This document shows positions 59,209 to 64,000 of a stretch of 64,000 nucleotides of DNA, piece by piece (the stretch's first letter is position 1; every line of letters begins with the position of its first letter). The notes beneath the pieces were generated by a model that worked only from the letters and a program-made list of their open reading frames with translations, made no database searches and was not told the origin of the DNA. The translations under genes and the position numbers were made by a program. The stretch comes from an uncultured Acidobacteriota bacterium (GTDB lineage Bacteria; Acidobacteriota; Thermoanaerobaculia; Multivoradales; JAHEKO01): NCBI GenBank assembly GCA_963713825.1, contig CAVQNG010000004.1:96001-160000 (forward strand), written 5' to 3'.

Positions 59209-60786
59209 ATGGATACGAGGTTCCAAGAGGCGACGATGCCAGAAACGACACCCTGGACAGTCAATGATCTCCACCAGATGGAGCAGCGGGGAGTCTCTCC
59301 CGAGGAGATCCGGCGCCAACTGGAGATCTTCCGTCGTCCGGCCCCGGTCACCCGGCTCGAGAAGCCCTGTCTCCTGGAGGACGGTGTCCTGACCATCTCC
59401 AAAGAGGACGGCGACAAGCTGCTCGCAGAGTGGCGCCAGCTGGCGAGCTCAGGGCGATTGGCCAAATTCGTACCTGCATCCGGAGCTGCCACCAGGATGT
59501 TTCAGGAGATGAAGAGTGCGCTCAATGGGCTTACCGACGGCTCGTATGGGGCGACAGCCGACGACTCCGGTGTCATGCATCGGCTGGTAACAGCCCTGAC
59601 GAGCTTCCCGTTCTGGGAGCGGCTTCAAACGCTCTCGGGCACTGGCAACCCGAGTCTCGGACTCGAGCCCAGCCGTGAGAAGGTCCGGCAGCTCCTGGTC
59701 AACCTGTTGGAGCCGAGCGGCCTGGGTTTGGCAACTCTGCCGAAGGGCCTGATCGAGTTCCACAAATACGAGTCCGGCCCCCGTAGCGCCTTCGAAGAGC
59801 ACCTGGTGGAAGGGACCACCTACCTCGCAACGCCCGGCGGTACGTGCCGCTATCACTTCACGGTCTCGGCGGAGCACCTGGCAGACTTCGAGAGATCCCT
59901 AGCCTCAGCGGGGCCTCGGATCGAGGGCCAGACCGGGATGGGCCTGGAAGTCTCCTTCTCCACCCAGAGCCCTTCGACCGACACGCTGGCCGTCGATCTT
60001 CAGAATCACCCTTTCCGGCTTGCGGGTGGCGAGCTACTGTTCCGACCGGCGGGTCACGGCTCCCTGATCGAGAACTTGCACCAACTCGGCGGCGACATCG
60101 TCTTCATCAAGAACATCGACAACATCGCACCAGAGCGCCAGCACGACGACTCCGGACATTGGAAGCGCCTCCTCGCTGGCAAGCTCGGGCAACTACAGAG
60201 GAACGTGTTCGCTTTGGCAGAAAGGCTCGAGTCCGCCTGCACCGACCAACTTGTGGACGAGGCTCTCGACTTCCTGAGCGAAGAGTTGAGCGTCCAGGTC
60301 CCCAGGGAGTCTCTGGACCCATCGCTCCTCACTCGCCGTAAAGTCGTACTCGAGCTGCTCGATCGACCCTTGAGAGTCTGTGCAGTGGTACGAAACGAGG
60401 GCCAGCCGGGTGGCGGACCCTTCTGGGTTCACGACGCGGCCAGGGGTTTGACCTGCCAGATCGTCGAGGCCGCCCAGGTCGATCACGAGGATCCCGCTCA
60501 AGAGGAGATCTGGAGCGCCTCGACCCACTTCAATCCGACGGACCTGGTCTGTGGGCTGAGGAGTCGCAAAGGAGAGCCCTTCGACCTCTCTCGTTTCATC
60601 GACCCCGAGATGTCCTTTGTGACCGAAAAGAGCCATGAGGGCCGACCGCTCCGGGCCCTCGAGAGACCCGGCCTCTGGAATGGCGCCATGGCTGGGTGGA
60701 ACACTGTTTTCGTCGAGGTCCCCCTCTCGACATTCACCCCGGTCAAGACGGTGTTCGACCTGCTTCAGGCCGAACACCGCGCCTGA
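59209..60786 (+). CDS. DUF4301 family protein
   Basis: KFVPASGAATRMF, LPKGL..FH.Y, HFTVS, FRPAGHG, FIKNIDN, GGGPFW, THFNP, LERPGLWNG.M. Confidence 0.85.
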   Translation: MDTRFQEATMPETTPWTVNDLHQMEQRGVSPEEIRRQLEIFRRPAPVTRLEKPCLLEDGVLTISKEDGDKLLAEWRQLASSGRLAKFVPASGAATRMFQEMKSALNGLTDGSYGATADDSGVMHRLVTALTSFPFWERLQTLSGTGNPSLGLEPSREKVRQLLVNLLEPSGLGLATLPKGLIEFHKYESGPRSAFEEHLVEGTTYLATPGGTCRYHFTVSAEHLADFERSLASAGPRIEGQTGMGLEVSFSTQSPSTDTLAVDLQNHPFRLAGGELLFRPAGHGSLIENLHQLGGDIVFIKNIDNIAPERQHDDSGHWKRLLAGKLGQLQRNVFALAERLESACTDQLVDEALDFLSEELSVQVPRESLDPSLLTRRKVVLELLDRPLRVCAVVRNEGQPGGGPFWVHDAARGLTCQIVEAAQVDHEDPAQEEIWSASTHFNPTDLVCGLRSRKGEPFDLSRFIDPEMSFVTEKSHEGRPLRALERPGLWNGAMAGWNTVFVEVPLSTFTPVKTVFDLLQAEHRA

Positions 60787-60806
60787 CAACCAGTGTTCGA
60801 ATCGCC

Positions 60807-62138
60807 CTAGAAAGCGTGCAGGTAGAGATCCCGCTCCCAGTTGTGCACGTGGGAGATGTAGTCGTGCCACTCCTGACGCTTGGCGCGGACGAAGTTCTCG
60901 GTAATGTGCTCGCCGAGGGCCTCTTTGATAACCGCGTCCTTTTCCAGGGCATCGAGGGCCTCGGATAGATCGGCCGGCAGGGCGTCGATCTTGAGCCGCT
61001 TTTTCTCCCTCTGGCTCATGGTCCAGATGTTCTTGTTCACCGGTGGCCCCGGATCCAGGTCGTTCTGGATTCCATCCAGCCCGGAGGCCAACATGGCGGT
61101 AAAGGCGAGATAGGGATTGCAGGCCGGATCTGGCATTCGAACCTCACACCGGGTGGACATACCGCGGCGATCGGGGACTCGCACCAGCGGGCTGCGGTTC
61201 TTTTCGGACCAAGCGATGGCGGTCGGGGCTTCGTAGCCCGGAACGAGCCGCTTGTAGGAGTTGATCAACGGATTGGTGACGGCAACAAAGGCCTTGGCGT
61301 GCTTGAGGACGCCCCCAATGTAGCCCAGAGCCACCTTCGACAGCTCCCACTTGGCCTCAGGATCGAAGAAGACGTTATTCCCACGCTTGTCCATGAGACT
61401 CTGATGGGTGTGCATGCCCGATCCGTTCACACCGAAGATCGGCTTCGGCATGAAGGTGGCGTGCAGTCCATGGTCCAGGGCGACTTTCTTGACGACAAAA
61501 CGGAACGTCGCCACTTTGTCCGCACAATCGAGCGCTTCAGAGTACTTGAAGTCGATCTCGTGCTGTCCCGGTGCCACTTCATGGTGCGCGGCCTCGACCT
61601 CGAAGTCCATGGACTCGAGGACCGACACAATGTCCCGACGGCACTCCTCCCCCAGATCGACAGGGGTCAGATCGAAATAGCCACCGACGTCATGGGTCTC
61701 GATCAGCGTGTTGCCATTCTCGTCCTTCTGAAAGAGAAAGAACTCGGCCTCTGGCCCGGCTACCATCTGGAAGCCCAGCTTGTCGGCCGCTGCGATCTGC
61801 CGCTTGAGTGCGAGGCGGGGACAACCGGCGAACTCGGAACCGTCGGGCCGATGGATATCGCAGATGACGCGACCGACCCGAGAACCGTCGGCACTAGCCC
61901 AGGGGTTGACCTGAAAGGTGTCCAGATCGGGCACCAATAGCATGTCGGACTCTTCGATGCGGACGAAGCCCTCGATCGACGAGCCATCGAACATGATCTG
62001 TCCGTCGAGGGCCTTTTCAAACTGGCTGCGCGGCACCTCCACGTTTTTCAAGACACCCATAATGTCGGTGAACTGGAGGCGCAGAAAGCGCACAGTCTCC
62101 GCGTCAGAGGTCTTCAGAATCTCGGCTTTGGATAGCAC
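60807..62138 (-). CDS. glnA: Glutamine synthetase type I
   Basis: FDGSSIEGF, E.EFF, HHEVAPGQHE, TFMPKP, NGSGMH.H, SYKRLVPGYEAP, EVR.PD..CNPY; GTG start after GGAGG. Confidence 0.96.
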   Translation of the reverse strand: MLSKAEILKTSDAETVRFLRLQFTDIMGVLKNVEVPRSQFEKALDGQIMFDGSSIEGFVRIEESDMLLVPDLDTFQVNPWASADGSRVGRVICDIHRPDGSEFAGCPRLALKRQIAAADKLGFQMVAGPEAEFFLFQKDENGNTLIETHDVGGYFDLTPVDLGEECRRDIVSVLESMDFEVEAAHHEVAPGQHEIDFKYSEALDCADKVATFRFVVKKVALDHGLHATFMPKPIFGVNGSGMHTHQSLMDKRGNNVFFDPEAKWELSKVALGYIGGVLKHAKAFVAVTNPLINSYKRLVPGYEAPTAIAWSEKNRSPLVRVPDRRGMSTRCEVRMPDPACNPYLAFTAMLASGLDGIQNDLDPGPPVNKNIWTMSQREKKRLKIDALPADLSEALDALEKDAVIKEALGEHITENFVRAKRQEWHDYISHVHNWERDLYLHAF

Positions 62139-62433
62139 AATGTCCCTCCATTGGTTTTCAGTTCGCAAAAACTAACCCATCATTCACTAGAAAGCAACAG
62201 AAATATTACAAATTGACGAATAAATCTGGCCCAACTGGCGCAACTGCGAATCTGGTAGTTTTGACCGTCCGAATCGCGCCTCCCCATGCACCACGGGTGC
62301 GCCACGATCCTCCTGTGGTAGCGTCCAACTTCACCCGGGCGGTTCAGGATCGAACCGATGATCTCCTGAAACACGTAGGTTCTCGAGCCAGCGGGCCCCA
62401 TCAGAGGTCAAGGCCCTTGAAGAGGAGCCTTCC

Positions 62434-63180
62434 ATGTCCAAACCCGAATCTGCAGTCCCTCTCGATCGTTCGGCCAAGAGCCGGGGAATCCCCTGGTCCC
62501 TCGTCTCCAAGATCCTTTTGGGGATCCTCGGATTGGCGATTCTCATCCTGATCGGGCGACAGCTCGGCGCCTACATTCCGCAGTTCGCCGAGTGGGTCGA
62601 TACCCTCGGCATCCTGGGACCCATCGTCTTCATCTTCGGCTACGCCCTGGCAACCGTCGCCTTCATTCCCGGATCACTGCTGACTCTCGCCGCGGGGGCG
62701 ATTTTCGGGCTCGGCAGGGGCACGCTGTTCGTCTTTCTCGGGGCTGCTCTGGGCTCGGCCCTGGCCTTCCTGGTGTCCCGATATCTGGCTCGCTCTTCGA
62801 TCGAGCATCGACTCGAGAGCCACCCGCGATTCGCGGCCATAGACAAAGCCGTGGCCAAGGAGGGCAGGAAGATCGTCTTTCTCCTGCGTCTCTCGCCGAT
62901 CTTTCCCTACAACCTACTCAACTACGCCCTCGGTCTGACGAGCGTGAGTTTTCGAGACTACGTGATCGCCTCGTTTGGAATGCTCCCCGGGACCTTTCTC
63001 TACGTTTACTACGGCAAGGCAATCGGTAGCCTGGCGGCCGTGGCTGGAGGCGCGGAGGTGGAAAAGGGCACCGGCTACTGGGTCGTACTCGGAGCCGGTC
63101 TGCTCGCCACTCTGGTCGTGACCACCTTCGTGACGCGCATTGCCAGTCGAGCCTTGGCTCAAGAGGTGCAAAATGACTGA
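62434..63180 (+). CDS. TVP38/TMEM64 (DedA/VTT) family membrane protein
   Basis: PGS.LT..AG..FG, LRLSP.FP....NY..G.T, GMLPGT. Confidence 0.9.
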   Translation: MSKPESAVPLDRSAKSRGIPWSLVSKILLGILGLAILILIGRQLGAYIPQFAEWVDTLGILGPIVFIFGYALATVAFIPGSLLTLAAGAIFGLGRGTLFVFLGAALGSALAFLVSRYLARSSIEHRLESHPRFAAIDKAVAKEGRKIVFLLRLSPIFPYNLLNYALGLTSVSFRDYVIASFGMLPGTFLYVYYGKAIGSLAAVAGGAEVEKGTGYWVVLGAGLLATLVVTTFVTRIASRALAQEVQND

Positions 63181-64000
63181 TTCGAAATCTCCGACTGCGG
63201 TCGATCCTGAGCTGCTGGAGCTGGTGCAGCCGTTCGATATTCACAACCAGACCCTGCTCGACAACGTCCATCCTCCAGACTGGATCAATCCCGAACCGCA
63301 GGATCGGTATCACCTGGTCGTCCTCGGCGCCGGTACTGCCGGCCTCGTTTCAGCGGCGGGAGCGGCCGGGCTCGGAGCGCGCGTGGCTCTCATCGAGCGT
63401 CGCCTCATGGGGGGCGACTGCCTCAACTACGGTTGCGTGCCATCGAAGGCCATGATCAGCGCCGCTCGGTCCTGGCACGAAGCTCGGACCTCCGCCGCCA
63501 GGTTCGGTGGACCAAGAGCTGAAGGTGACGGCAACTTCGGGGCTGTCATGGAGCGCATGCGAGACCTACGGGCCGGCATCAGTCACCACGACAGCGCCAG
63601 CCGATTTTGCGACCTGGGCATCGACGTATTTCTCGGCGAAGGTCACTTCGTCTCCGGTGACGCCATTGAAGTCGAAGGAAGTCGACTTCGGTTCCGCAAG
63701 GCCATCATCGCCACAGGGGCCAGGCCCTTTGTTCCTCCGATTCCTGGTTCCGACAATGAGCTCGTACTCACCAATGAAACGGTCTTTTCGCTGACCGAGA
63801 TCCCGCCCCGCCTCGGAGTCATCGGAGGCGGACCGATCGGCTGTGAGATCGCCCAGACGTTCGCTCGACTCGGAAGCCAAGTCTGCCTCTTCGAAATGGC
63901 GCCCCACGTTCTGGTCCGCGAAGATGGTGACGCTGCTGCGATCGTTCAGCAGGCCATGGTCCGCGACGGAGTCGATCTCCAGGTGGAAGCTCGAGTCCTT
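63173..64000 (+). CDS. FAD-dependent pyridine nucleotide-disulfide oxidoreductase (MerA/Lpd-like), 3'-truncated
   Basis: Read by hand: MTDSKSP..LVVLGAGTAGL..GGDCLNYGCVPSK..IATGARP..IGGGPIGCE. Confidence 0.88.
   Translation, partial: MTDSKSPTAVDPELLELVQPFDIHNQTLLDNVHPPDWINPEPQDRYHLVVLGAGTAGLVSAAGAAGLGARVALIERRLMGGDCLNYGCVPSKAMISAARSWHEARTSAARFGGPRAEGDGNFGAVMERMRDLRAGISHHDSASRFCDLGIDVFLGEGHFVSGDAIEVEGSRLRFRKAIIATGARPFVPPIPGSDNELVLTNETVFSLTEIPPRLGVIGGGPIGCEIAQTFARLGSQVCLFEMAPHVLVREDGDAAAIVQQAMVRDGVDLQVEARVL

Noticed and set aside
62140-62433. GlnR box, glutamine riboswitch or sigma-54 promoter for glnA
   Set aside because: AT-rich patch only; no convincing consensus match on the glnA strand
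63173-64000. Mercury resistance (merA)
   Set aside because: No mer operon genes, the C-terminal Cys pair is not visible, and TVP38-linked oxidoreductases of this type are common

Overview
GC-rich bacterial chromosome segment, mostly housekeeping genes. Gene content (Hanks kinase-TPR protein, kdsB-pyrG-kdsA-kdsD-kdsC, tilS-hpt-ftsH-folP-cdaA-cdaR-glmM-pdxJ, DUF4301) suggests a diderm such as Acidobacteriota; this is inference only. It holds about 55 CDS and four tRNAs (Phe-GAA, Asp-GTC, Val-TAC, CAT). No integrase, transposase or CRISPR array was seen. The most unusual signals are: (1) a 3-gene unit encoding a 987-aa GH-like/LolA-like/Omp85-like outer-membrane protein, an Smr protein and a deacetylase fused to a possible GNAT-like domain; (2) an intact feoB frame with no ATG/GTG/TTG before its GTPase domain, pointing to an ATT (or CTG) start, plus a Cys-rich linker; (3) an HPRT homolog between tilS and ftsH with all catalytic motifs replaced; (4) a CAT tRNA directly upstream of tilS; (5) a TPAT/TRAP locus lacking its P component; (6) a hairpin that hides the ribosome-binding site of an ECF sigma, an internal ECF promoter before an anti-sigma/bactofilin pair, and two sigma-54 promoters; (7) a 164-bp structured MITE/ncRNA-like element and dispersed degenerate 8-bp tandem arrays. 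All calls come from reading motifs by eye; no searches were run.
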